Source: Opitutales bacterium (lineage in GTDB: Bacteria > Verrucomicrobiota > Verrucomicrobiia > Opitutales > PNEW01). From it: a DNA stretch of 32,000 nt. The notes under the pieces are model-generated. The model saw only the letters and a program-made list of their open reading frames with translations, was not told the origin of the DNA and made no database searches. Of the stretch, positions 1-9,876 are shown piece after piece (within the stretch, counting starts at the first letter, position 1; each line of letters begins with the position of its first letter). The DNA lies in the NCBI GenBank assembly GCA_965219535.1, contig CBDCNV010000001.1, forward strand, positions 300,001 through 332,000, read 5' to 3'. The translations under genes and the position numbers were made by a program.

Positions 1-46
1 GAAGATGGCATTCGCTAAATTGAACGTGAACCCTGAACCCCTTCAT

Positions 47-139
47 TCGTATATCATTCTACCTGATATTCGACGTTTGATATCCGATATTCGATTTTTG
101 AAGTGATTAAATTACTTCGTATATCGGATATCGTATATC
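47..139. repeat. Cluster of five 9-mers TCG(T/A)ATATC in both orientations plus a 12-bp perfect inverted repeat; possible operator array
   Basis: TCGTATATC occurs at 47-55, 117-125 and 131-139. GATATTCGA (reverse complement of TCGAATATC) occurs at 65-73 and 86-94. GATATCCGATAT (79-90) is the exact reverse complement of ATATCGGATATC (121-132). The cluster lies in non-coding DNA beyond the permease stop at 207. Confidence 0.55.
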
Positions 140-206
140 TTTCTCCCAGAACGAAAACGAAAATTGTGCCAGGCTTCCTTACTCTTCACACATTCAAACG
201 GATTAA

Positions 207-986
207 TTAATAGGATCGCGATTTGGATAGATGGACAAAGAGGAGCAGAGTGCTGAGGATTAATCCAGGCCATGCTACAAGCATTGGGTTGCGGAAGAGA
301 TAAGCCTGATTTTGCTTGAGGATAGAGCCAAGTTCTGGAAAATCGGGATCACCGATAAGACCGAGAAAAGCTAATCCGCTAAGTTCGAGGACGCAGATTG
401 CTAAAATAAGTTTAGCCAGTCCGAGAAGGTCCGGTCGCAAATTAGGCCATAATGTATAGGCCAAAAGATGGCGTCGCCCCGCGCCGAGAATTTCAGTGGC
501 GAGAACATAGAGCGCATTGCGTTGTTCGATCCACAGAATACGCAGTTGTCGAAAGGCTAAGGGCACATTTCCCAGTGAAACAGCAATAATGAGCGTACCA
601 ACAGAAGGTTTAAGAAAGACCATTATCACTAACCCGATGAGAATCACAGGGACTGCTACCCATATACCAATCCCCAGCGGAATGACGCGTCGCAATAATC
701 GGGGCCCGCTTTGTTCGATGAAGAGGAGAACCGATGCGACAATAAAGTTTAAAGATAAAGCGATCAAAGCCATCGCGACGGTATTGCCTGCACCGCGCCA
801 AAGGCGACTGCCGAAGTCACGACCGAGCCCATCGATTCCAAACCAGTGAGAAAAACTGGCACTGGAAAAAGCAAGGTTTCGAAAATCCTGCTCCATTGGA
901 TTATAAGGGGTGTAGAATAAACCTATAAGTGACAGGCCCAGAGCACTCCAGGTGGCGTATTCAAAAATGGTAGAAAAACGATTCAT
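207..986 (-). CDS. ABC peptide/nickel-type transporter permease (DppC/OppC family)
   Basis: 259-aa ORF with multiple hydrophobic helices. It carries the N-proximal WFGIDGLGRD motif typical of DppC/OppC permeases. An 11-nt gap separates it from the preceding permease gene on the same strand. Confidence 0.85.
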   Translation of the reverse strand: MNRFSTIFEYATWSALGLSLIGLFYTPYNPMEQDFRNLAFSSASFSHWFGIDGLGRDFGSRLWRGAGNTVAMALIALSLNFIVASVLLFIEQSGPRLLRRVIPLGIGIWVAVPVILIGLVIMVFLKPSVGTLIIAVSLGNVPLAFRQLRILWIEQRNALYVLATEILGAGRRHLLAYTLWPNLRPDLLGLAKLILAICVLELSGLAFLGLIGDPDFPELGSILKQNQAYLFRNPMLVAWPGLILSTLLLFVHLSKSRSY

Positions 987-997
987 GCTATTTTAAT

Positions 998-2050
998 TCA
1001 ACTTGTTGAATCGGAATGTCTCCTCACAGTTGGGTTAGAAAGAAAGGCGAGTAAATCTGCTGTGCTGATTATCAAATAGGCCAGGAGGATGATCAAGAGC
1101 AGGCCGTTCTCGACGACAAAGAGATCGCGATTCAACACAGCTTCTACGAGGTAACGTCCCATACCCGGCCAGGAAAACACCGATTCTGTGAGTACCGCTC
1201 CGCCGAGGAGAGCGCCGAAATTTGTACCGACGACAGTGATGACTGCAGCGCCCAGTAAGCGAAGAACATGGATTAGCCAGATGCGCGATTCGCTTAGCCC
1301 TTTAGCCCTTAAAGCGCGGACTAAAGTGTGCAAGCGCGGATCGGCAAATCGAGCTTGTAAAACGCCGCAAACCAATGCCGCTGGGTAAAGTGAAAGGCAG
1401 CAGACCGGCAGGGCGAGATACTGGAAAGTAGCGCCTAACATATCTAAACGCCCGGCAGCCAGGGAATCAAAAATTAAAAATCCGCTGCCCTGGGGAATTG
1501 GGAGAGTGAAATCGAAGCGCCCTCCGCTGGGAAACCAGCCCAACCATAAACTACCTACGACGATGAATAAAAAGCCCAACCAGAAAATGGGTACTGTGAG
1601 GCCTAATGCACCCAACCCAAGCGCGGTATTGCGCAATAGACCGGACTTGAACCATTGAGCGCTGAACGCCGCGCCGAGACCCAAAATAACACCCAGAAAT
1701 AAAGCGACGAATGCCAATTCTAAAGTAGCGGGAAAATACTCGCTGATCTCCTCTCGAACAGTTTGTCCAGTGATTAAACTATCGCCCCAATTGCCACGCA
1801 CAAAGCTGGTAATATAATGAAGGTATTGATTAATTAAAGGTTCATCCAGTCCCAATTCTGCACGAATTGCCGCCACTCTTTCTGGATCAGGATTCTTCAG
1901 GCGGAGGGAGACTGGATCCCCAGGGACAAGATTGACAGCAGTAAAGATCACCGCACTCGCAATAAAGAATACGAGTAGCAGCACCCACCCCTTATGCAAG
2001 AGTTCGATTAAAAACGCTTTTAACTTATGTTCCTGTTTGGCTGCAATCAT
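998..2050 (-). CDS. ABC peptide/nickel-type transporter permease (DppB/OppB family)
   Basis: 350-aa polytopic ORF. NLVPGDP follows the first TM helix and the layout is that of a DppB/OppB-like binding-protein-dependent permease. It sits between the substrate-binding protein and the second permease. Confidence 0.85.
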   Translation of the reverse strand: MIAAKQEHKLKAFLIELLHKGWVLLLVFFIASAVIFTAVNLVPGDPVSLRLKNPDPERVAAIRAELGLDEPLINQYLHYITSFVRGNWGDSLITGQTVREEISEYFPATLELAFVALFLGVILGLGAAFSAQWFKSGLLRNTALGLGALGLTVPIFWLGFLFIVVGSLWLGWFPSGGRFDFTLPIPQGSGFLIFDSLAAGRLDMLGATFQYLALPVCCLSLYPAALVCGVLQARFADPRLHTLVRALRAKGLSESRIWLIHVLRLLGAAVITVVGTNFGALLGGAVLTESVFSWPGMGRYLVEAVLNRDLFVVENGLLLIILLAYLIISTADLLAFLSNPTVRRHSDSTS

Positions 2051-2095
2051 GGCTAGGGTTAGGGATAGAACTGCAGCCTATTTATACTTTAATAA

Positions 2096-3709
2096 TTAAA
2101 ATGATTGCCAACCGACGGGACCAAAAAACAAGTTGGCTGTTTTTTGAAGTTGAAACCCGGTCACCTCGGATCTTGTAACAACAATTTGCTCAGTATGGAT
2201 GAGCGGGATGAGTGGAAGATCTCTTGCCCAAATCACCAGCGCCTGTTCATAGGTTTTCTGACGTTGCTTTAAATCTGTCTGTTGGCGGCCTGCGATAAGT
2301 AGTTTATCCATCGCTCTGTTTTTATAAAAAGAAATGTTTGTCGCCGAATCTTCTACTGCGGCCCAGCTCGCAAAAAAAGTTGCGAGAAAGTTATCCGGAT
2401 CACCGTTATCCCCGGACCAACCGAGGAGCGCGAGTTCGAAGTTTCCTCGTCGTGCGGCGACGAGATGACTTTTAAAATCCCGAGTGATAATCTCGACCTT
2501 CAAATTTACGTTCTCGAGGTCGTTGCGAATAAGAGATGCAATCTTTAACGGATCGGGAAAATAGGGGCGTGGTGCGGTAAAGGTATGAAGCTCGATCGGG
2601 CGCTTAAGTAAGTCCGGGTATTCAATTAATATTTTACGTGCGGCTTCGGGGTCGTGCATAATGGGCGGCTGACCATTATCAGGTTCCCCGAGAAATTCTG
2701 GCGGGATTGGATATTCGGCAACGATCGCGAAACCATCCAGCGCAAGATCTACAATTGCTTTACGATCGATGGCCATAGCGATTGCATGTCTGATAGCTGG
2801 AGTGCGAAGACGCGTGGCGTGATTACTGATAGCCATATACCCTACATTCATTCCGGGTTGGGCGTGGATAGTATACTTATTATTGTCGAACAATTCCGCT
2901 AACTCTGCGGGTTGCAATCCGTCAAGGGCATGAATCTTACCCGTTTTAAGCTCCAGGAGGCGCACCGTGTTATCGGGGATGGTGCGCAAAACAAGGCGTT
3001 CGAAATTTGCTTGTGAGCCCCAGTAATCCTGATTTTTCTCGAGGATTATCGCCTGATTGGGTTTCCAGTCTACGAATCGATAGGGACCGGTCCCGACCGG
3101 GCGACGGACAATAGCTTCACCATGGGATTCAAAGGCCAGAGGACTGATAAGCCAGGCGGGAAATGTCGCGAGGGAATAAAGAATGGAAGCATTGGGTTCG
3201 TCTAGTTTAAATTCAATCGTCATGGGACCGGTTGCGCGCACAGTCTTAATTTCCTGAAAAAGATTTTTCCAATACTGAAAACTGGCTTTAAGAAAATGAG
3301 CTGGATGGGTGGCATCCAATTGTCGCTCAAAAGTAAAAAGCGCGGTCTCCGCATTGAGGGGTGTTCCGTCGTGGAATCTCACCCCTTCGCGCAACTCAAA
3401 GGTATAGGTCAGCCCATCCTTCGCAATTATATAGGATCGAGCTAACCAGGGCTGAATATCAAGCGTGCCGCTTTTAAAGCGAACAAGACCTTCGCATATC
3501 TGAGCCAGGGTGTTGACTGATTCACCGTCATCAATATCAGCTGGGTCGAGCTTTTGTGCATCGCTGCCTCTGGCAAAGACAAAAGTATTGGGGTATTTAT
3601 CGGATTCATCGATCCGCGAACAACCAGTCAGCATTAAGATCTGCGAGGCTGCGGCAATAATAACAGGCGCGCATCGAAGGTGAGCATTTAAATATGAAAT
3701 TATATTCAC
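2096..3709 (-). CDS. ABC transporter substrate-binding lipoprotein, family 5 (DppA/OppA/NikA-like)
   Basis: 537 aa. N-terminal signal peptide with lipobox L-T-G-C (ILMLTGCSR). Size and sequence character match family-5 solute-binding proteins. It is the first gene of the SBP-permease-permease unit. Confidence 0.85.
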   Translation of the reverse strand: MNIISYLNAHLRCAPVIIAAASQILMLTGCSRIDESDKYPNTFVFARGSDAQKLDPADIDDGESVNTLAQICEGLVRFKSGTLDIQPWLARSYIIAKDGLTYTFELREGVRFHDGTPLNAETALFTFERQLDATHPAHFLKASFQYWKNLFQEIKTVRATGPMTIEFKLDEPNASILYSLATFPAWLISPLAFESHGEAIVRRPVGTGPYRFVDWKPNQAIILEKNQDYWGSQANFERLVLRTIPDNTVRLLELKTGKIHALDGLQPAELAELFDNNKYTIHAQPGMNVGYMAISNHATRLRTPAIRHAIAMAIDRKAIVDLALDGFAIVAEYPIPPEFLGEPDNGQPPIMHDPEAARKILIEYPDLLKRPIELHTFTAPRPYFPDPLKIASLIRNDLENVNLKVEIITRDFKSHLVAARRGNFELALLGWSGDNGDPDNFLATFFASWAAVEDSATNISFYKNRAMDKLLIAGRQQTDLKQRQKTYEQALVIWARDLPLIPLIHTEQIVVTRSEVTGFQLQKTANLFFGPVGWQSF

Positions 3710-3739
3710 GGTTAATACTTTTTCTGTTTATTCAGATAC

Positions 3740-3765
3740 GGTAAAGGTCTTTATCCACCTTTACC
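3740..3765 (-). terminator. Stem-loop GGTAAAGG-N10-CCTTTACC between the addA-like stop and the SBP start; possible terminator or attenuator, no clear U-tract
   Basis: Perfect 8-bp inverted repeat (3740-3747 / 3758-3765) in the 61-nt intergenic gap. On the minus strand the stem is not followed by a T-run, so the termination function is uncertain. Confidence 0.3.
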
Positions 3766-3770
3766 CGATT

Positions 3771-6700
3771 TCAGTTTTTAATGATTTCTATTAACTGACC
3801 AAGTGCCGTTGCGTAGAGATAGGCGTTTACTGGCTGACCAAAAATATCCCTGAGAGCGGTGGCATAGGCATCAATCTGTGGTTCGTATTGCTCGCGCAAG
3901 TTAGTGGCCAAATCCGGATTTGAAATTTGGTGTGTTTTCCAATCGATGATAATCCATTGTTTTCTTTCGAGATCATAAGCGACAAAGTCGATAAGCCCTT
4001 CATAGACGATATCATCACGACCCCAAAGCAGTGGGGCTTCGGTAGAAACTTCATAATCAGAGGCCAGCAATCGTTCAACCAGAACGGATTTAAAAAACAA
4101 ATCAATCTCTTTCTTCCCTCTCTCGGATGACGGACAGGCGGTAGATTCCACACTTAGGGCGCAATGATTTTTCCAGCTTACAATATCTTGATCCCAGCGA
4201 TTCACTTCCATCATCGTATGCCACCAGTTTCCGTATTCAATTGCTGAAGTTACTATCGATTCCTCGGAAAACTCATGACCTAATATTAATTCCGGTTCAT
4301 CCCGGTCGTTGAGTATTTCTGCAACGGGTTTTACTAAGGTGTGAGGTGTTACCCGATTAAATTTTCCCTGAGCGCGATCGCGTGCTGTGTCTAAAGAAGC
4401 AATGTTAAAGGTGGCCTCCTTTTCTTCATCATTTGTTTCACCCGTGGGTTCGCTTTCAACCTCTTTTTCAATTCCGGTTTCTGGTTGATTAGTGGTTGGT
4501 AGACTGCTCCAGATTTTATTGTTTGATGCGCCAGTGGAAATCTTCAGCCGTTCAGCGAAAGAAGATTTGTTCGAAGAGAAAAAAACTTCATCGTTAAAGA
4601 GCACAAGTGTTTTTCGGGCACGCGTCATAGCTACATAGAGCAAGCGGTCTAATTCCTTTTCTTTTTCCCTGTCAGCTTGAATTTTATAATCTTCGTGCTC
4701 GTGGTGCTTATCGATTGCTAATAACGGCCCCCCTTTCCCCTTGGAATAAAAAAACTGTGGATAATTATTGAGAGCAAAACCGATTGGTCGGGAAAAGAAG
4801 GGAAGTAAAACGGCGTCCCATTCTAATCCCTTCGCTTTATGACAGGAGAGTAATTGTATATGGTCGGAGTTAGACGCTTCACTTTTAACCTGGTCATTCA
4901 TTTTCTCAATTAATGAATGGGTCCACTCCGACAATGACATGCGCTCTGCTTCAGCTATTCCCGATTGAGTGATGAAATTGTCGAGGAGGATTTGCGACTC
5001 ACTTGAATGGCCAAGGGGGAGAGCGTTAAGCCTTTCGCGTAAGCGGATTGCGTCCACTAGATACGTTACGGCATCACGTAAAGGTAATGTCAGCGCTTGC
5101 TGACGGGCTTGGGCCAATAAGTTTAATTTTTCAACGACAACGCCATTACTCTCTATTGGATATAGAATTTGCAAGGCGTGTGCGGTAGTTGGAAAACGTT
5201 CAGGATTCTTTTTCCAGTATTGATGATAGGTTACAAGATCGTGGTCAGATAGGCCAAAGACTTCCCGCAGCAATCCTGCAATCTCAAAAGCATTCTCAGG
5301 TTCACTGATAACAAGCATGAGTGCAGTGAACCATGCATAGGCCGGCAGCGTGCGCAGCTGTTCTGTTCGCGATAAAACTTGAGTGTTGAATGCTGAAAAT
5401 TTTAACTCTCGATCGAGTGCTTCCAGCCATTCATTACGGGGACAGAGGATGGCTACTTCGGACCAGTCTCTCGCCCGCAAATCGCTGGGCTCAAGATTTT
5501 TTAACCACCCGACAAAAGCTTGCACATAGGCGAGGGTGACAGCCTGTTGGTTCCGTTCGCCCTTCATCTCCTGAGGTAGTTCTAAATTTGTTCGATATAT
5601 CTGACCACTTCCAGCATCTGGGCGAGCTTTCAGCGGGACGAATTTTACTTGTTCACCCACTTTCCCCCTGCCATCTAAAATTGAAGGGAAAAAAAGATTA
5701 ACTCCTTCAACAATTTTTTCATCGCAGCGAAAGGTTACTTCAAAAAAAAGTTCCTCTGCTTCTGCGTTTTTTAACAACTTCTTGTGTGCGTATTGATAGA
5801 AGTTGAGATCAGCCCGGCTTCCATAAATAGATTGCTGAGGATCACCAACCATACAAAAACGACCTGCGCCCGGTGGCGTCCCGCCTTTTTTCAACCAGGT
5901 TCCTTGAGCTGACGCGGGTCTCGCAATTTCAGTTAATACTTCAAATTGGGCCGGGTCAGTGTCCTGCGCTTCATCGAGAATAACATGCTTTCCCTCGGTA
6001 CGGATTTCTGCTCCCACATGCTTGTCTTTTAAAATTTCAGCCGTCAGATCTACAAGGTCATCATAGGTTAAGACACCTTGAGATACCCGGAAATTTCGGT
6101 AGCTGTTAGATACATGCGCGATTAAAATAAAGGCAACTTCACTCATCCAGTCGCGCAGGGGTTGAAAACTGGATCTCCAGAGTTCCTGGAATTCTTTGCC
6201 TCCCATTTCAAAAATCGGTGGGGGAATGAATCCCTCATCCTCCTCTACGGCCTTCAACCATCTTTGCAATTGTTTCTGGCCCATTTCAACTTTACCCTTT
6301 GCCCGGTTATTAGGTGGGAATTCGAGAAGTGGGGTTAAATTGAGATTGGGGTAGGGGCCGATCGCATCTAATGGTGTATACCCACTTTTTATCCTGCTTC
6401 TTCGGGCCAGGAGATAGAGCGGTTCTAATTGAGTATGGCGAAAAAAATGACGATCTACTTTTTTCGGCAGAATATTCGACAGTTGATCTGTATGATAAAG
6501 AAATCGCGACCAAAGCAGTTCATCGTTTTCTGTTACATCGACGGTCGTCGGTAATCCCAGTAAGGTCCCGTGCTGGCGCAGTAATTCCAGACAGTAACTA
6601 TGAATAGTGCCAAAATAGGCTCGATTCAGCCGCCTGATAACTTCGGGGTTCACCCTCTTTTCCATGATTGCATTTCGGGTGCGAAGATGCATCTCATCGG

Positions 6701-6959
6701 CAGCTTTCTTCGTGTAGGTGACTACAACCAGTCGCTGTAAGCGTGAATGTTCTTTTTCCCCATCAATCAATGCAATATTGACTATTCGGTCAACAATGGC
6801 TTTGGTTTTGCCGACACCAGCGGGGGCAATAACGGAAAAATTCTGTTCATGCTCATGCACAAATCTTTGACGATTAACATTATCTGATAAAACAGTATCC
6901 ACGTGTAAAGAGCGTAAATTTAATGGGGTAGAGGGAGGAGCGGGTGAGATTGTCTCCAT
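3771..6959 (-). CDS. addA: UvrD/Rep-family helicase fused to a C-terminal PD-(D/E)XK (RecB-type) nuclease; AddA/RecB-like
   Basis: 1062 aa. Walker A APAGVGKTK; helicase motifs VVVTYTKKAADEM, VILDEAQDT, VGDPQQSIY, CHKAKGLEWD and YVAMTRARKTL. C-terminal nuclease motif GLIDFV...IIIDWKT...QIDAY. Its start overlaps the stop of the partner gene by 40 nt. Confidence 0.8.
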   Translation of the reverse strand: METISPAPPSTPLNLRSLHVDTVLSDNVNRQRFVHEHEQNFSVIAPAGVGKTKAIVDRIVNIALIDGEKEHSRLQRLVVVTYTKKAADEMHLRTRNAIMEKRVNPEVIRRLNRAYFGTIHSYCLELLRQHGTLLGLPTTVDVTENDELLWSRFLYHTDQLSNILPKKVDRHFFRHTQLEPLYLLARRSRIKSGYTPLDAIGPYPNLNLTPLLEFPPNNRAKGKVEMGQKQLQRWLKAVEEDEGFIPPPIFEMGGKEFQELWRSSFQPLRDWMSEVAFILIAHVSNSYRNFRVSQGVLTYDDLVDLTAEILKDKHVGAEIRTEGKHVILDEAQDTDPAQFEVLTEIARPASAQGTWLKKGGTPPGAGRFCMVGDPQQSIYGSRADLNFYQYAHKKLLKNAEAEELFFEVTFRCDEKIVEGVNLFFPSILDGRGKVGEQVKFVPLKARPDAGSGQIYRTNLELPQEMKGERNQQAVTLAYVQAFVGWLKNLEPSDLRARDWSEVAILCPRNEWLEALDRELKFSAFNTQVLSRTEQLRTLPAYAWFTALMLVISEPENAFEIAGLLREVFGLSDHDLVTYHQYWKKNPERFPTTAHALQILYPIESNGVVVEKLNLLAQARQQALTLPLRDAVTYLVDAIRLRERLNALPLGHSSESQILLDNFITQSGIAEAERMSLSEWTHSLIEKMNDQVKSEASNSDHIQLLSCHKAKGLEWDAVLLPFFSRPIGFALNNYPQFFYSKGKGGPLLAIDKHHEHEDYKIQADREKEKELDRLLYVAMTRARKTLVLFNDEVFFSSNKSSFAERLKISTGASNNKIWSSLPTTNQPETGIEKEVESEPTGETNDEEKEATFNIASLDTARDRAQGKFNRVTPHTLVKPVAEILNDRDEPELILGHEFSEESIVTSAIEYGNWWHTMMEVNRWDQDIVSWKNHCALSVESTACPSSERGKKEIDLFFKSVLVERLLASDYEVSTEAPLLWGRDDIVYEGLIDFVAYDLERKQWIIIDWKTHQISNPDLATNLREQYEPQIDAYATALRDIFGQPVNAYLYATALGQLIEIIKN

Positions 6960-9862
6960 TTTTCGTTGAGAATGTCACTACTGATAGGAAGGGTGGCGAT
7001 TGGGTAATCTCCGACGTAGGCGTAGCGAGAATAGATGGGCCCTGACATACCGATTACACCGCTCTCCTGGATAGCGCTGAGGCCACGCCATAATTCATTG
7101 AGATCGAGAATGGAATCCAGATCGATTTGCGGGCTTAGTTCACTGTCCGGTCGCAACATACTCGCCACTATTCGCCGACCGCCACGCTCACGAAGTGCGA
7201 GCATATAAAGCGCAATTTGCACTCCCGCTCCTTTTTTAAGCGTAGCAGGACTAAGCGCTTTATCGCGACCTGTTTTGAAATCGATGACCCAAAAATCCGC
7301 TGAATCAGGTAATGGCGTCTCATCATTAATCGCGGAAATATCCTCGGTAGAAAAGACGAGGTCAATACGCCCACTGAGGGGGAATTTCAGATCGGCGTTC
7401 AGGGAAGCGAGGGTACTTTTCAGATCCAATTCCGAGGCGACAAAAGGCCAGTCTTTAATTGCCGTCACGGCATCTGCTAAATGCCTACTGTATTGAAAAG
7501 CTTCTGCCCATAAGGAGTGCCACCAATCGGGTAAACTACGATTAGCCCGATCATAGGCGCGCGATACTTTATCAAAAGTATTAGTCGCGGAATCTCTTAC
7601 CTGTGCGGTCCATTCCCCTTTCGCGGGAAGGGGGAAAAATCCCTGACTCGTCGACAGTCGCATCCAATGATGCACCCAATTACCGACGAATAAAGGTCGA
7701 GAAACAGCATGGTTAAAATCAGGTGACTTAGAGACACCCAACACTTTCTCGAACCACACGGAGGCCGGTCTTGAGAGAATATCTTCCCAGCTTTTGCAGG
7801 ATAAATGCAGACCGCCCGGGGGAGGTGATTGAAAGCTGAATTCATATTCACCGTAACCTTCACTAGGATCGCGCCGTATTTTAAATGCATGGAGCATGCG
7901 ATCGATATCTGATACGGGATCCGGGTCCTCGGTTTGCAAACGCTCGCACCATGCCGCGGTCTTTTTACTCAAGGCTTGCAGGTGGATTTCGTTGAGAAAA
8001 ATACCCTTGTCCACCCAGTAAAGACGCAGGAGAAAATCGCTGATAATAACCGATCGATTATAATCTTCCTCCGTGGATAAACTTGCTGAAACCGTTAGTC
8101 CCACCTTCACGCATTCAAGAAGATTAATAAACTGTGCGAGTGCCTGTGACCTTTTCTCCTCCGCGGTGAGGATGAGGCCAACCCCCTTTTTAAGAACCTG
8201 GTGTCCTTCACCCTGTGAACCCTGGAGAATCACTGAACGATTGATATCATCAATTTTAGGTTCAGGAAGAAACGCGTTCGGGTGCATCTCTGGAGGCCAC
8301 GCCCCGTGGTTTAAACCTGCGATAATGAGGTGAGTAAAAGACTGATCCTGAATTTGTTCATAGGCGAGAAGTTGAAGCGGGGCGAGCAGTTGTCGGCCGA
8401 GGGAGTGGCGCGTCCGCCCCGGTGTTCGATTTATTTCAACTAACCATTGAAGAAAATGTCGGCGGTCTATTGAGTAATCGAGCGCCTTAATCAAGCCGCT
8501 GGCATGCTGAGTCAGGAATTCTGCTCTTTCATCCCAGTCGAGAAAATTCAAGGCTTTAGTGGCCAAAGATAGAAACTCGGTGAAGGGTGCTTTGGCGGGT
8601 ATCTGTGGCCAGTCTTCGAGAAATATTAAACCGGCACCCATGGGCTCACTCTCAATTAACCATTCCCGTATGACCGTGAGGTCATCAGTAATTACCGTAT
8701 CCAATGCTTTTTTTAGCGAGCGCTCGATTTTAGCAGCGTCGTTCGCGCTAATCAATTGTTGTTCTCGTCGAAGGTGAAGAAAGCTTATGATCTGCGGTAA
8801 TCGAGCATCCATTTGAAATTCTACCCAACGATTGAGGAGTGCCTGTTTTACGGGCTGAACCGGATAAAATCCGATCGTATCGTGATGCGGAATTTCAAAT
8901 CGTATTAAACAAGCGGCTACTTCACGGGCCAATGCCGATTCCCTGGGGACGACGATTCCGAGGCGATTACAGGAGGGCTGCAGCAAATAATTTACGCCCT
9001 GAGTTACCACCGCGATAGCTTCCAGCTTAACATTCGCAGCGATTTGATAATGAATGGCACTGTTACTTGAAGTGTCTTCATCGAGCCGATCCATCTCAAG
9101 ATTTTGAGCCCTCGTTTGATAGGGGTTTTCAGGCTGTTCACTACCCGAGATGAGCTCTGCTTCCCCGTAGTCTTCTTCCCACGTCGCCTGCCATAAGCGA
9201 TCACTCTCACACCGACTTTCCGGCAGGCAGAACGAAACTTTGTTCGCGGAATTAATTGCGCCCTGTAAAAGAAAACGATGGCGCCATTCGCGAGCTCCAA
9301 AACCATAGAGAAGGAGGGATGAAAGGTTCGAGGTATCCCTGGCTCGCGTTTCTGCGATTTTACGATTCGCTTGCGGTTCACTTAAGAGGCCGGATAAAAG
9401 AAGTAATTCCTCAAATCGGGCAATGATCCTACCCACTAAGTCACCTTTAAGTGACATAGTGGGTTGCGCAGCATGCTGCAAGGTATCATAAGCAATAAGG
9501 AGCTGATCCGGATCTGCAGCAATCGCCGCGGCGACAGGAAACTCGGAGAAATCGTCAGCCGCCGCCGCCATGAGTAGACGCAGGTCCTCACGCAGGGCAA
9601 TTCTATTGTCGGGAAGACAACTGTTGCGCAGATACTTTCCCAGATCTTCCGGTGTCCAGAGATGGATCGCGAAGAGAGGGAGTCGGGCTTGAATGAGACG
9701 TGTTTTAAGGAGACTGGTAAGCCCGTGTGACGGAACGACAGCAGCACAGGGCAGCGGGTTATGACAGGCTATTTGCAGTTCACTTTGAAACCAGGGTGCG
9801 ATCACCTCCTCCCAGGCTTGTTCAAAGCTTGAAGCCGAGTAGAGGCGGATGTTGGTCGGCAT
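6920..9862 (-). CDS. AddB-like partner subunit with C-terminal PD-(D/E)XK nuclease; no P-loop detected
   Basis: About 980-aa ORF immediately upstream of and overlapping the AddA-like gene. C-terminal motif GRIDLVFS...FWVIDFKTGR...QIALY. The start is taken as ATG 9862, which leaves 14 nt after the osmC stop. The ORF track's TTG at 9895 would overlap osmC by 19 nt. Confidence 0.7.
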   Translation of the reverse strand: MPTNIRLYSASSFEQAWEEVIAPWFQSELQIACHNPLPCAAVVPSHGLTSLLKTRLIQARLPLFAIHLWTPEDLGKYLRNSCLPDNRIALREDLRLLMAAAADDFSEFPVAAAIAADPDQLLIAYDTLQHAAQPTMSLKGDLVGRIIARFEELLLLSGLLSEPQANRKIAETRARDTSNLSSLLLYGFGAREWRHRFLLQGAINSANKVSFCLPESRCESDRLWQATWEEDYGEAELISGSEQPENPYQTRAQNLEMDRLDEDTSSNSAIHYQIAANVKLEAIAVVTQGVNYLLQPSCNRLGIVVPRESALAREVAACLIRFEIPHHDTIGFYPVQPVKQALLNRWVEFQMDARLPQIISFLHLRREQQLISANDAAKIERSLKKALDTVITDDLTVIREWLIESEPMGAGLIFLEDWPQIPAKAPFTEFLSLATKALNFLDWDERAEFLTQHASGLIKALDYSIDRRHFLQWLVEINRTPGRTRHSLGRQLLAPLQLLAYEQIQDQSFTHLIIAGLNHGAWPPEMHPNAFLPEPKIDDINRSVILQGSQGEGHQVLKKGVGLILTAEEKRSQALAQFINLLECVKVGLTVSASLSTEEDYNRSVIISDFLLRLYWVDKGIFLNEIHLQALSKKTAAWCERLQTEDPDPVSDIDRMLHAFKIRRDPSEGYGEYEFSFQSPPPGGLHLSCKSWEDILSRPASVWFEKVLGVSKSPDFNHAVSRPLFVGNWVHHWMRLSTSQGFFPLPAKGEWTAQVRDSATNTFDKVSRAYDRANRSLPDWWHSLWAEAFQYSRHLADAVTAIKDWPFVASELDLKSTLASLNADLKFPLSGRIDLVFSTEDISAINDETPLPDSADFWVIDFKTGRDKALSPATLKKGAGVQIALYMLALRERGGRRIVASMLRPDSELSPQIDLDSILDLNELWRGLSAIQESGVIGMSGPIYSRYAYVGDYPIATLPISSDILNEKWRQSHPLLPLPH

Positions 9863-9876
9863 TATATAAAGATGGG

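Noticed and set aside
1-106. A small plus-strand ORF at 5-106 (33 aa, MAFAKLNVNPEPLHSYIILPDIRRLISDIRFLK), and a minus-strand ORF starting at 46 that runs off the window.
   Set aside because: The plus-strand ORF is generated by the 9-mer repeats themselves and has no supporting features. The minus-strand ORF shows only 15 codons, too few to call as a gene. It is mentioned only as context for the repeat array.
6920-6959. The 40-nt overlap between the AddB-like stop and the AddA-like start, considered as a sign of a frameshift or a fused pseudogene.
   Set aside because: Both frames are intact and full-length with complete motif sets. Overlapping starts and stops are common in translationally coupled subunit genes.
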